A stretch of DNA of 64,000 nt, from positions 27,346,848 through 27,410,847 of the forward strand of contig CM120643.1 of assembly GCA_051362555.1 (NCBI GenBank). The letters run 5' to 3'. This DNA is from Lingula anatina. Its lineage: Eukaryota > Animalia > Brachiopoda. The translations under genes and the position numbers were made by a program. The notes under the pieces were generated by a model. The model saw nothing but the letters and a program-made list of their open reading frames with translations, was not told the DNA's origin and made no database searches. Positions 1-18,192 of the stretch are shown here, one piece after another. How positions within the stretch are numbered: position 1 is the first letter of the stretch; each line of letters opens with the position of its first letter.

Positions 1-232
1 TATACTGCATTTTTAATCAATGAATGTTTAAACTGTTTGGTCAAGCACTGTCTTTTTCTAGGCATTAATTATCGAAAAGTAAAACATGGGCGCCGAGCAG
101 CTTGTTTGAGATCTTGTTACTTTCTTAATGAAAGATGCATGTTCGGCTGTTACCTTGATTGATTAATCAGCCTGGTTAGTGAACCAAAAATCCACCGACA
201 ATGACTTTAAAACGCCATACTAGTCTACCATA

Positions 233-411
233 GACCCCATTCAGAATAGGGAACTAACTAGTCCAAGGGTCAAATATGGCCGACCCACTTGAATACGGGA
301 TATCTAATACTATTCAGTGTCTACTGGTATTAGTGGATTAGACGGCAATCTTTGTAGTTGATCGCCATATTCTATCCTCGGACTATTTAGCCCCCTATTT
401 TAAATGGCCCC
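233..411. mobile_element. MITE family B copy
   Basis: Similar to 10505-10679 in opposite orientation. Confidence 0.75.
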
Positions 412-921
412 CATAAACCCTATCAAAATAGCTTAACTATTTTAAACTATACCCCCCCCCCCAACCCCGTCTCCTCTAATATACCAGTAGCCAGACTTAT
501 GCTGACAGTGTGATGATGATGGTGCTGGGGGTGGAAGGAAGAGGGGGGATGGAAGGAAGTCTCAGGGATACATTCTCTTGGTGCATATAAAATGGTGGAC
601 ACAAGGACAAGGCTTATGGTTTTCAGTGGTTTATTTGCATTTGGATATGCCTGTATATATTGATACACTCTGTTAATACATAACTTACAGCAAACATACT
701 GGTATTTTGGTAAATTGAAGATAAATCGATACATTTGCATAGCATCCTGCAACTACAGTGTGATTTAATGCTGGTGACTATTTACATTTTTTCCTACTTT
801 TTCTTTCTTTTTTATTTAGTTTACGCTTACATTGCATACTGAATTATAAGTAATTTTCTACCATACACAGACTATTGTAGCTGTGACCTTTAAATTTGAC
901 ATAACATTGATAATTTCAGAT

Positions 922-1770
922 ATGATGACCATCGCAGAAATCAAAAAGAATATTTTAACTTCACCAGTAGTGACACCAGTGGTGCTAAGACCACACGCAA
1001 GCCACAGAGGAGCTGGTCAGCTCAGTCACCATCAACATTCACAGGTTTTAGATATGAACAGTCCAAATGTTGTATTGCCCAACAACAGTCATACTGGAGA
1101 GAAGGAAAAGTTCAGAGAATTAACAATGGATGAACTTAGAAATTATAGACTGAAAAGAGCATCTGTTCTGGTCCCTCTGTTACTTGCTGGTGGTGAGCTG
1201 TATGTTCTTCTAACAAAACGTTCTATGAAAGTTCGCAGTCACAAGGGGCAAGTGGCGCTCCCTGGGGGTGCCTTCGATGCCACATGTGACAGGACAGACG
1301 TAGATACTGCGTTAAGAGAAACAGAGGAAGAGGTTGGATTAATGGCGGAGAAGGCGGAGGTGATTGGTCAGTTGACGCCATTGATTTCTGCCGCTGGATA
1401 CCTCGTAACTCCCATCATTGCCATAATTCAGGAGTTTAAGCCGCTCTTGAACAGGGATGAAGTAGAGGATGTCTTCTACTTGCCTCTTAGACGATTCCTT
1501 TCCAATGATAGACATCACCATTCTCAGTCCACTTCGTACAAAATTCCATTGCACTACTTCACTGACACAGTAGATGGGAAAGAGTTTAACACTTGGGGCT
1601 TAACGGCTTTAATATGTATTGCCATGGCGATGATTGTGTTTCAAAAGCAGACTGATTTTATTGTGGATTCTGACATAAAGGTCACATTGGAGAATCCAAC
1701 AGCAGTCCATGACGCCATGTTGAGTTACATGAATGAAGAGGAGTCCAAGGTTGTCAGTAGTAAACTGTGA
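922..1770 (+). CDS. NUDT7: Peroxisomal coenzyme A diphosphatase NUDT7-like (Nudix CoAse), single coding exon
   Basis: CoA-diphosphatase motif LLTKRSMKVRSHKGQVALPGG, Nudix box GGAFDATCDRTDVDTALRETEEEVGL, WGLTA motif and C-terminal -SKL (PTS1). An acceptor (tttcag, ending 919) lies just before ATG 922, so the GTG start at 883 in the ORF track is probably intronic. Confidence 0.88.
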   Translation: MMTIAEIKKNILTSPVVTPVVLRPHASHRGAGQLSHHQHSQVLDMNSPNVVLPNNSHTGEKEKFRELTMDELRNYRLKRASVLVPLLLAGGELYVLLTKRSMKVRSHKGQVALPGGAFDATCDRTDVDTALRETEEEVGLMAEKAEVIGQLTPLISAAGYLVTPIIAIIQEFKPLLNRDEVEDVFYLPLRRFLSNDRHHHSQSTSYKIPLHYFTDTVDGKEFNTWGLTALICIAMAMIVFQKQTDFIVDSDIKVTLENPTAVHDAMLSYMNEEESKVVSSKL

Positions 1771-2608
1771 CAAGAGCTGACTCTTCACCCTGTGGTCGTT
1801 TTATTGCAGTAACTACTCCATCTTTTCAAGGAGGAGAAATTGTGAATTTTACAGACACTGTATTTTTTAATTCATAATTTCTTAAAATTAAAACATTCCT
1901 AGTTTTGAAATTGAATGGTAGCAAAAAAAAAAAAAAAACTGAAAAGCAAGCTGCCTTATATTTCTTTTCAATACAGAAAAAGCACACAAATGGTACACAG
2001 AAATGGATTTCAGTGATTTCATAATTATGTTTCTAAAACAAAAATGGTTATTTTCCCCATTAAATAGAGCAAGTAGATAAAGATAAATTGAAGAAAATTC
2101 AGAACAAGAAGATATTTGTACAGTGAAACAGGAATTTTAATTCTACACAATGGGGTCAAATAATATTAAACTTGGTCATATAAAGTATATTTTGTTTTAG
2201 ATGATAATAATTTACTGCTCCATTTTATGATCCCATAATAGACCAGTAAACTGTAAATGGTAAAGGATTGCTCTGATAATGTGATTGATAATTGGTTGAT
2301 GCTGTACCTATGGCATAATATTGATAATAATAATTATAAAGTTATTTTTCCATGGGTACATCTGATACAAAACCTTTATTCTGATATAACTATTTTTTAA
2401 ATTATTTTAAAGGCTTTCTTCCACTTGTATCACGCCTCTTTTGGCCTGTATTTATGAATTAAATAAAATAAATATTTTTTGATGTTATGCTACCCCAGTA
2501 TTGTTTTCTTTTTCATTATAAATTTATTATTTATTATTTTTTCCCTGATACAAGAAATAATTGAAATAAATTGTCTTTAAAGGCACACTAAAGGCTGCAG
2601 TATTTTTA

Positions 2609-2651
<43 letters not shown>

Positions 2652-3012
2652 CATTTTTTACAGTAATGCTCAAATGATTTTCTGAAACCTAAGATCTGAT
2701 AAACAGGTATATTATTATTAGATCTTAGCTGAAACCTACTCCAGCCACCTCAACCCTCCGACACTCGCGCGCAGGCGCACCTGCTACCTTTATATGACCT
2801 TTGGTTGACCTATATTCTCTTGGGTCAAGCTATCTAGGTTAAGGCGCCGACAACACACCCCGCTCTGTGGCAGTGTGACTGTGACCTCATCCGACCGGCC
2901 TCTTAACGCGTGCCAGTTCTGCCACCTGATTGAGTGTCCCGTTAACTTCCTAACTACTGGACCTCGGCCTTGTACTTAGGCTACTGAATCTTGTTTTGAA
3001 TCAACACAATAG

Positions 3013-8189
<5,177 letters not shown>

Positions 8190-8654
8190 GGCTACAAACA
8201 ACTCGAGACAAATTGTTTTATGGAACATTTACCAATATTTGCCGCTCGTTCATAACCATTCCTTGCTGTTTTTAGCTTTCATAGAACGTCGCTTACTCGG
8301 GCAGATTTAGAATTGATAACAAAAAAAAAACGACATTGCTTCGCTCGAAATATATAATGAAATCATGTTAAAATGAGTTTCATTTCCAACCAATCATGAT
8401 GGAGAAAACTGTGACAGATGTTCTGCTTTCCATCGAACTCTGTGATTTAGCGTGTTACATGTATCGGAAGATGACTGACGTTTATCGTGGTAACTTGCCT
8501 AAAAACACTCTTTGAACCACAAATGCTGCAAAGTCGACTTTAATTAGAGTCGCGTATGAAGCAAAATTAAGACGATGAGGATTCCTTTTGCCAACCCGTT
8601 CCCTGCTTCCTGCACTCATGACGGACGTGGTAGAGGATTAGCCTCCATAACACA

Positions 8655-8901
8655 CAAGAGCGCATCCAGGGTTATTTGAAGGGGGGAGGGGCCGTGGGTG
8701 CAAAGCCGACCCTCCCTCATCCCCTCCCCCCCTTGGCGTGGGGTGCGGGATCCGTTGAAGGGCCCTGAAAATTTAGACATTTTAGAGGGCAACCGATGTT
8801 TCAGCTAGTCAAAATTCTAATTTCAAGAGGGGACCATTGTTGTGATTTTTTTTCAGAAATCGAAGGGGGGAGGAGGTCAGGAACCCCTAAATACGCCACT
8901 G
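8655..8901. mobile_element. Degenerate hAT-like MITE
   Basis: Ends CAAGAGCGCATCCAGGG / CCCTAAATACGCCACTG with G- and C-runs inside; no TSD recognisable. Confidence 0.5.
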
Positions 8902-9530
8902 AACATAGTCGGCTATCCGATTTTAACAGTCTAAGCTTAAACGTTTTTCGGAGCAGGGTCCAACCGTAGATGTAACAATATAAGTAAACATCACTTTAAT
9001 TCATGAGCATTCCATTCGCGCCTACAGATTTCTCGCATTTCTCACACCTTTATATTTGTGATATTTGTAGTCGCCAAGAACGTAACTATTAAAGTGTTTT
9101 TACTGTCTACATATTCACGGACGATTGCTTTGTTTTATTACTTTTAAGTTAAAACTGTGAAGAATCGCTCTGTAATTCTGTATCCCCACCCCCCCCCCCC
9201 CCACCCCCCACCCCCCCACCCCCCACACACACACACACACAGGCATATTTAGAAAATGGTCAATTGGAAATGTGTACGAGTTAAAACCTGTACATGGTAG
9301 GATTGTCTGCATGTGTTTTTTTCTGATGAAACTTTAGATAACTACAGGGGGCACAGCCCTGTCTCCCCGGGCTAACGACCGCTCGGGGAACGAATTTTTG
9401 GTCCAATCTCACCCCCTGTGAAAGTTGACAATTTGAAAATATTGGAGCATGAAGTCCGTACGCCATGACTTATAGAGTTTCTTTTGAGTTTTCTTTTTTT
9501 TTTTTAGCTGTAGAAAAGATCAACTGACAG

Positions 9531-9581
9531 TTACCAGCTAATATTTCGTCTACTGAGTCAGATTTCATCAGGGACGGGTAC
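9531..9581 (-). ncRNA. Degenerate minimal hammerhead ribozyme motif (Penelope-like)
   Basis: Minus strand: taccc-gtcc-CTGATGA-aatct-gactcagt-agac-GAAA-tattag-ctggta; both core boxes present, stem II with one mismatch, palindromic AATATT at stem III. Confidence 0.5.
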
Positions 9582-10504
9582 ATATTCTCTTCACTCATCA
9601 TAATCAGTTCGTATTTCCAAAAACCTGGATGTCAGCAGGGGTTCACTGTATGCTTTTCTTCGTGCATTTTTATGTGTGGATTTCTTTTGATTGATTTTAA
9701 ACACGTTTTAAAAGGGTGCTAGTAAGAGAGGCCTGCCTGTCAAATGTGCATGACTGGTTGGATAAAGGTATCCCCCTGTACTGTACTTGTACTAGTAGTG
9801 TTCATACGAAGACCCTCATTTCCTGTGTGTAGAAAAAATATAACTGAACGTTTGCGAAAAGTAAGGTAAGAGGATTCGTATGATTAAAAAATTTGTAGGG
9901 AAAGGGTTCTGATGACTATCAGTGTATGTATTGTGTAGGCCTACTATGGTAATTGGTATGAAGTATAAACTTCGAGATATACTGAGAATAAGCGGAGGAT
10001 CAAGGAATAGAAAAAAGGAAGGATTGAACAGCTTTGGACATTCTTGTATTCCCTGTCCGTCCAAGCTGAGACAAACCTGGAGAAGAGTGCTCTGTAGGGG
10101 GTAAGTCTAAACACGGCTTTACTGAAGAGGGGTCTAGATGGATGTCTTACAAGTCTTACTCCATACGAGAGGTCAACTGAGTAATAAAATCAATTCCACG
10201 CGAAAAATAAGGGATAAAAATCGCCTATGAGTCAGGGTTGTCCACACCGTGGGCCTACGAATATAGACTATTAAAATAAAACAGTCACAGCGACGAAGCA
10301 ACAAGGAATGCCGAGGTCGAAATTACATTGTTCTCCGTCCCAGCACAGTGACAATAGCGGCCACAGGTGGCGCGAATCAAAGACACGCCGTCCCAGGTCA
10401 TTTTAAATTCCTGTCAACTCAGTGCCAGCGTAAACACATTACAATAAGTTCGACTGGGGTGACTGTTTATATTGCCGACCCACAGGTTTGGCGCACGGGA
10501 CTGA

Positions 10505-10679
10505 GGCCCCATTCAGAATAGGGGACTAAGTAGTCCCAGGGTCAAATATGGCGACCCACTACAAAGCTTGCCGTCTAATCCGCTAATAGACACTGAATAG
10601 ATATCCCATGGCGAAGTATTCGAGTTGGTCGGCCATATTTGACCCTCGAAGTTGTTAGTCCCCAATTCTGAATGGGGCC
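10505..10679. mobile_element. 175-bp Harbinger-type MITE (family B)
   Basis: TIR GGCCCCATTCAGAAT with TGA on both sides; diverged copies at ~233-411 (inverted) and ~60331-60505. Confidence 0.85.
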
Positions 10680-12690
10680 TGAGATGAATAAAATTACAAC
10701 ATAAACGTATATATTCCGTATACTGACTCATAAGTCTGAACACAAAGCCTTATCTGTGCAGAACAGATCGCGAACTGAAGGGGATCGAGTAAGTAAACTT
10801 AGGCTCTATGCTACTTGTACTCCTTGCTGTAATTTCTGTGAAAGGTACGGGTGTCGTGTAATATAGTCCTCTCTGAAAAACGTAACATCAAATTTTTTTT
10901 TTCAGTGCGGTGATTTGCATTAAATCATTCTCATGTTACTCCATTGTTTTTTTACTTCCCCATTAGATTAATTCATTTATTATTTAAAGAAGATTGAAAA
11001 AGACCTATGCTGGGAAAGCTATAAACCACCTTTTTTATTATTGTTAATCATCACACCAACCTATTTTGGCAGTACACGTTTCAGCATGACACATTCACTA
11101 ACACCGCATTCAAATTCGCACATCGCACCAGCTTGATCGGGTGATTCTCGATAAATGCAATCAGTGGAATCATGTTAATTGTCTGACGCTCCTCCTCCCG
11201 CAGCTTAATTGGGGTAAATAACTATTGTGTGTTGATAAAGCTCATTGCACTTTAAATAACGAGATAACCCTGAAGGGTTGGGCCGACCCAGCTAGTACAA
11301 TGTGTGAATTTGAATGTACCCTAATACATATGGGACGTTTGGTTGTACATTGAAGCGCTGTAAAATACCGTGAGTAATTAACGGCTAATGCTCTTTGCAC
11401 GGAGCCTATTTAATCCTCTTAGTGTCGATTGGAAATTGTTGCACAAGTGGGTGTAACGAAGGAGGTGGTAAGCTGCTTGTTATCATTCTACTGGAGGCTT
11501 GTGATACCCGTGGACCGTGGTCCTTGGAAATCTTTCCTGAATTGAGACAAACTACTTTTCTGAATAATTATAAGTCTCAGCTAACTTGAAAGTTCAAGGT
11601 AAGATTAGTTAGTGACGGGCTTAGTGGTTGATATAAATTTTTGTCATCATCACCGATAGTTACCCGATCGGGAGTTATTAGTCGAGTCGTGAATTTCGCC
11701 AGGTTTCATGAAGCTTTGAATTGAGTTCACATCACATAATACAGGCGTAGGTTGATATATGTAAATACTGGCGAGCACGTTTACTTGCGCCTAAAACTGA
11801 ACTTTGTCGTCGAGTTAAGAGATAAAAAACGCATGTTAACGGATGAATGAGTGTCATCCGATACCATGTTCGTTTACTGTTCATACCCGGGTAGGGGGTG
11901 GGAGGGGGGGGGGGCTGCACAAGAAAATATGTACCAGTGTAAAAATTTTAGCCCATAATTCTAGTCTTCTTTGTTTCAAGTTAAACTCCACATGAAGTAG
12001 CCCAATAATTTGTAATATTGCACCCGTCTCATGACAAAATATATATTGCTTATGTTTCAGAACATTATATTATTCATCCGTTCATCTTGGAGTTTCGACT
12101 TAAACATAGTGGTCTAAATGTTAAGTCCAATTTTCGGGCTAAAATTCATGTTTGAAACCGGTTCGTGTAGTGTAACTGTCGTTAGTCGGCTTCGTCTTAA
12201 TTATCGCGGAATTTCGCAGTCTGGTTTCCGGCTCTACTTAAACCCCCTTTACACTGGACGGTGTCTTTTCTGCGTCCTTTGTGCGACCATGAAACTGGCC
12301 AGGACGCCGTCGGACGCTCAAAGAACGCACGGTGATCGCTAAGATCGCACAAAGAACGTTCAAGCATCGCCGAGGACGCCATGGACGCCGCGAAGCTTTG
12401 AGCATGTTCAAAACAATCGCAGAGAGCACGCGATGGAGGATGGACGCTGCATTGTCGCTCAATGGACGCTGTGCTCGTAGAAAGGAGGTACAAGCATCGC
12501 TTTGGTTGCAGAATGAAAACTCAAAGATAGTCCAGTGTTCGACACGTAGACTATTATTTGTTTTACTCTCAAACGGGGCGTGCTGAGTTTTTTCCACCCG
12601 ACGGGAATTCTAAGGGCAACACCAACAGTGGTCTCATATCAGCATCCGATTGATTTTCCCCCTAAAATTTATGATAATAAAACGAATATT

Positions 12691-12721
<31 letters not shown>

Positions 12722-13345
12722 GGTAATAATAAAACGAATATTTTGCCCTTTTTTTACAAGATGCAGTAATTGTCAGAACTTTTTGCAGAATGCGTCATCT
12801 GAAAACGGATTCAAACATTCTATGTTGTGTCAGTCATACTTTCTCGTTTTCAGCGCTTGTCCATTCGTCTTATAATGATAACAATGAGCATCTGGCTGAT
12901 TATATCAGTCCAAGCCGACCTTGCCTTACTGTAGTTTAAAAAAGTTTATCCCCATTCATTTGTTTTGTTTTCTGGAAATGTTTTTAATTGTATGACCTGG
13001 TTAGAACCGATGAAAAAATATGAGTCATTGGACGTCTACTGATTTATTTTGTTTCAATATAGACGCTACATACTGGTACACATATTCGCGTATACTGTTA
13101 GTTTTATTTTGTGCTGATACAAAGTGGTTTTGTGAAGCAGGGGACTGGTGTCATTGCATCCATTCAGGTTGATAAATAGCTAACAAGGATACGTATGATA
13201 AATACTGAGTGTAATTCACAGATGCACTGAAATCTTCTCAGCATTGACTACTAAATCAAATGTGAAAACATGACTACTTTTATTCAGACCTTACTATTTG
13301 GAAAACATCCCAATTCATCTTCATATTCTTCTTGGCATCTACAGG

Positions 13346-16201
13346 ATGGGGCCAGTGGAAGACAGCAAAGCTCGCACATATCCAGACTGGCAGTCCCAGA
13401 AGACACTGGCAGAGACCAACAGGTGCGTGTATGAGTGCATTGAGAACAGATGATCTGCGGACGAACTGATCCGCCGATGAAATATGACCCCACTTAAAAA
13501 GCGATGCCGCTGATTCCGGATCTCTGATGGTCTCCCAACCTCCACCGCGGATCATCTGCTCGGAATGCGCTTGATATGTCGTGGACCGAGCTCCATTTCA
13601 ACACGGATGGGAATAGATTAATATAAATTTTCCCTAAAAACTGTCCTCACGATGTAATTTTGTTGTTACACTAGAACAGAAGTCCAATACAGCAAAATTG
13701 ATAAAAGAGAAACATTTTGTCACCAAGGTGTATTTGTGCCCTTTAGCGCTTTAACAAGTTGGTTATATACTTGGAATAGTCTACAGTCCAGGTTATTTGC
13801 TGAGTTTTAGCACGGTTCTCAAACAATATCAGTTTATGTTCGAACTAAAATTACAGACCTGTTTCACAAAAGGTCCACACGTTGTTGGCCTTGGATTATC
13901 TGCTAAACTTGGGTAGACGACTAGTAGGTATTTTAAGTCGACTTTGTCTTTATTGGTCTTAAAGCGTTTTATTTAACGACACATTAGTCCGTATTAGATG
14001 TACTTGACATACTGTGATTTAATCGTCTCTGCCAAGAATAAATGCCATTACTAAGATATTCAAGGGGCGCTGTTCAAAATTACTGAAAAAACGGTGAACA
14101 GGACTGGCACGATTTACCCACAACTTAACATTAGATGTAAAAAGACACTTATATCATTTTAATAAAAAAATAAATAAAATTAGAAATGGTATAAATCACC
14201 TTATCAAAATGCAGGAACAGGCCCAGTAAAGGGTCGTGAGTGAAAAGAGAAGTGCTTATAATTTGTTTCAAGGAAAATTCTATTTGGCGGGGAAATTCCC
14301 GGATATGATACGTATATTTTTACGGTCTCCCTTTATTTTCCAGGTATATGTTGGAGAACGAAGTTGCTACAGATGTCCGTTTTATCGTAGGAAAGGAGAT
14401 GGAACGTATCCCCGCGCACAGATATATGCTTGTAAGCCGCAGTTCGGTATTCTACGCCATGTTTTATGGTGTCCTGGCGGAAAAGAACGAAGTCGTGATT
14501 CCGGACATCGCTCCTGACGTGTTTCGGATGCTACTAAGGTACAAAACAGAAGTACACTTTCTGTAACTTTTTGTACACAGACACAACCTTACACACACAC
14601 ACTTTAAAAAAATAATAGTTATTAAATAACTTTAAAAAACATACAGAAACTGTACATACAGTATTACTGTAATTTACATGTATAGGCCTATCAGGTAAAG
14701 TGCGGAAATGACCATGATCTTACATTTTTACTCACGTTTGGATTACTTCGTTAAATTGACCACTGGATTTGTGGAAATTGTATCACCCGGGGTTATTTGT
14801 TGGCCTCAAATGCAGGTCAAGATAACACGTTGACATAATCCTATTATTCTTTGCATTTTTTTTATTTGTCTTTCTACAGGTTTATATGTGCGTACACTTT
14901 AAGTGCTGTTAGAACTTTTATAGAACCTTTCTTTTCAGTTAGTTTTAATCAGTTGGGACAAAGCAGCAGCAATTTTTTCTTGCTGCAATCTACAAAAAGT
15001 TTCTTGCAAATTGTTTAGTATGCAGAAAATTTGCTGCAAATTATTACAAACTTTTCATTTTGCTAAGGGCATCCATTCATGTTTTCAACATGGTTACTAA
15101 TTCATTTATTTTAGATTTTTATACTTGGAGGAGGTCAATATCACCCCGAACAACGTTTTAGAAATCCGGTATGCTGCGCTGAAGTACTTTGTTCCAACGC
15201 TGGCTGAACGATGCAGAGAGTTCCTAGTGGAAAACTTGGATGTCGAGAACGTCTTCACGGTCCTAAACCACGCCGTGGACGTCCTTGACCTCGACCTTAC
15301 CGACCAGTGCCTGGCGTACATAGCACCATCTGTCGAAGACGTCTTGAACGGTGAAAACTTTTTAACAATCTCACGCAGCGCTCTTGCGGTCCTTCTAAAC
15401 TGTGACGCGCTCTGTAGCGGCGAGGATGTCCTATTTAAGGCGTGCCAGAGGTGGACGAGTTTTATATGTAAGGAAAGGGGCATCGCACACCCAACTGGGC
15501 AGCAGCGAAGGGAGGCACTCGGCGAATGTTTCCGTCTTATCCGCTACCCCCTTCTCCCAGCAGAGCTTCTGTCCACAGTAGCGTCTGGAAATCCTGGATA
15601 TTTCACCCAGGATGAGTTGCGTGAGATTCATGATTCTTTGGTTTTTAATGACACTTCAATAATGAAATCTTTCTGTGATAGACGGCGCATGTTTGTAGGG
15701 CAAGAACGCATTATCACTCGTTTTAGCACGGTCAAGGCATCATCAGCGCAGCTCGGGTACGCCATACCTATCCGAGCTGACGGCTCGACGGACTCCATAT
15801 CTTTCCAATGCAACAGATCAATTTTGCTTGTTGGGTTCGGCCTGTATAACGATGTACAGGAATCGGCGACTTCATACGCCGTGACAGTTAACCTGAAGGA
15901 CCAAGACTTCCAAGAACTGGCCAATTTTACTAGTGAAGGGCTGACTTGGTGCGGATGGCGCACTTTTAAGGTAGCATCTCCGCAACCAGTGAGAATTCGA
16001 CCTAGAGTCTGGTACACTGTGAATGTTGAGTTAACAAGTCCTGGGACGCTCAAAACTTACTGGGGAGCAGGAGGACAACAGAGGGCAAGATTCGGGGACA
16101 CCATATTTGAATTCAAGGATTTCGCTAATAGCAGAACCAACGTACAGGAGGGACAAATACCGCAAATATATTTCAAAGAATTCTTATATTTTAATAATTA
16201 A
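13346..16201 (+). CDS. BTB/POZ-BACK-PHR domain protein (BTBD1/2/3/6 family), 3 coding exons
   Basis: Exons 13346-13422, 14344-14538, 15115-16201 splice in frame: DWQSQKTLAETNRYML..DVRFIVG..AHRYMLVSRSSVFYAMF (BTB), YAALKYFVPTLAERC..LIRYPLL (BACK), DSISFQCNRSILLVGFGLY..TNVQEGQIPQIYF (PHR). Confidence 0.92.
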
Positions 16202-16312
16202 TATTTTAATTTAAAAATTTCCAAAAACGACTTTGTGAATAAATTCGGTTGAATATAAACAGCGTGTTTTTGTCGGGATTGCTTCCATAACTATTAATAT
16301 TATGATGTGTTC

Positions 16313-16341
16313 TTATTACCTCCGCCAAGGAGGTTATGTTT
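16313..16341 (+). repeat. Terminal fragment of a Helentron-associated repeat
   Basis: TTATTACCTCCGCCAAGGAGGTTATGTTT, a terminal hairpin motif recalled from animal non-autonomous Helentrons. Confidence 0.45.
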
Positions 16342-16650
16342 AGTATTTATTATAGCTCAGTCAAAACACAAGGATGAAGGGTGGGTGACCGTGGGTCCCA
16401 TACCGGATGTGATGTGGGATGTCATGTGGGTCCCAGATGGATTTCTCCATGAGCGCTATGTGGGACCCATGTAGGAAGAAGATGAACTAAAATAAGGGTT
16501 CCACAAAGGACCCATCTGGCCTACCGTGGTTAATGCAGTTTTTTTTTTTACTTGCACAGGGTCAGTCACAGATGGGCAACCTTAAATCAAACAAATCTGG
16601 TATAATCACGATAAACTTCAATTTTGCTCAAATAAATTTAGCAGAAGTAT

Positions 16651-18149
16651 TAACCCATTACAGTGACGTCATATTTGCTCCGTAACACTCGTCCAGCGGC
16701 CATTCTGGAGGGAAAGAACGACGGGGAATAGTAGCGTAAATATAGGTGAACCAAATAAAATGAAATAATCTTCATATCGTGATCAAGTACACCAAAAGGA
16801 AAATAGTATATACACGTGAAAACTTCAGCTGATCAGCGTGATCGACCCATATAAACTCAAGACAGTCCAAAGACGTGAAATCCTGACCTACCCCTGTATC
16901 CCAACATCGTGGAATGTTGTCAGGAGCTAGTTCAGTTATCTTGTACTTCATTTTTCTTGTTCATTGGGTAATAACAGTTATAGTTTTAGAGAGTTTACTG
17001 TGTAATCGTAAGTTCATCCTTTCATAGAAGCAACTTTTTACATAAAGGATAGATATAAGGAGAAATTTGAGCTGACTATCGGGATCAACCCCTACGGACT
17101 CAAAGAAGACAGTATGAAGGGTTGTGACAAGAAATATTGCTGTCAGATATGATTTAACTGTACATCATGAAGCTGTCAGAAATTATTTCAGCATTCTTGT
17201 GCCTCATTTTGGTTCATTAGGAAGTATTTGTAACATGACTGTTGTTTGAGAGTTCAATATTTTACCATGAATTCAACCATTCACAGTAGCAACATTGTTA
17301 GCATTTTATTATTAGTCCAGACCTTCACAGAAGCAATGTATTTTTTAAACTTATGACATTTATAACAACAAGTCAGTTCATGAATTGATCTTTATTTGAT
17401 TGAAAATATAGGAAAATGCACATTTTGTATGGATAAAAGTAAACATAAAATGCAAAACATTGTTGCACAATTCAATGACAAATTATCAGGGTCCCTTTCC
17501 TTTTGGTTGATAACACTGACATGAAAAATATTTCCATACTTTTAATGCTGCAATGCAACATGTACATGAGCATATTAAGTGGAATCAAGCCACCATAATT
17601 TGAGGAACCTGTTTAGTTTATTTTTAATCTATGTCTAGAGAAATGCTTGATTGAAGACTGATATGTGCTGTGAAGGCCTTATATGGTCTTACTAAGCAGT
17701 TTGTAATTTTATTTAGGAGAATTCCACAACTGGTGGTCACAATTTAAAAATGCACAACCTACATGTACAACAGCCATCTGTTTCTGCATATCAGACCATC
17801 TGTGGGAGGTGCACCATACACAATTTTATATTTCTTGCAAACTTTTCCATTTAGCCTTTAAAAATATGAGAAAGAAAAGGTGTTTTCATTTCTTCTTGTG
17901 CTTCTGCTCACAATTCTAAATAAATAGAAAACCTGTCCTTGTTGTATGCAAGCTATCAGGATAACAACTTTAAAACAACAAATGAACAATTAAATAAATA
18001 AACAAATCCAATTAAATAACTCCTGTCATGCACTGAATTTCACTCTCCTGATGTTCAGATGCTGTCTCCTCAGCTGGTCACAAAGATATAAGAATATTTT
18101 TTCGCTGCTTCTACCTTGTGTGCCATCTAGCTGCCTTTTGTACCTGTCA

Positions 18150-18192
<43 letters not shown>

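Noticed and set aside
10358-10376. CTCF-like motif GGCCACAGGTGGCGC
   Set aside because: Several mismatches in the 5' half; a single motif is not supportable without chromatin data.
12118-12597. Four overlapping ORFs on both strands
   Set aside because: They lie in a GC-richer, MITE-like segment with imperfect ACACTGGAC inverted ends; no protein motif or splice context.
14880-14960. Strong acceptor followed by RFIC.., resembling an alternative BTB exon
   Set aside because: Similarity ends after a few codons and no donor or domain continuation is evident.
15106-16053. Minus-strand ORFs of 125 and 141 aa
   Set aside because: Antisense shadows of the large BTB-BACK-PHR exon.
17016-17132. Two hairpins with ANANNA and ACA boxes resembling an H/ACA snoRNA
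   Set aside because: First hairpin is too short and the sequence is better explained as the transposon accessory-ORF remnant.
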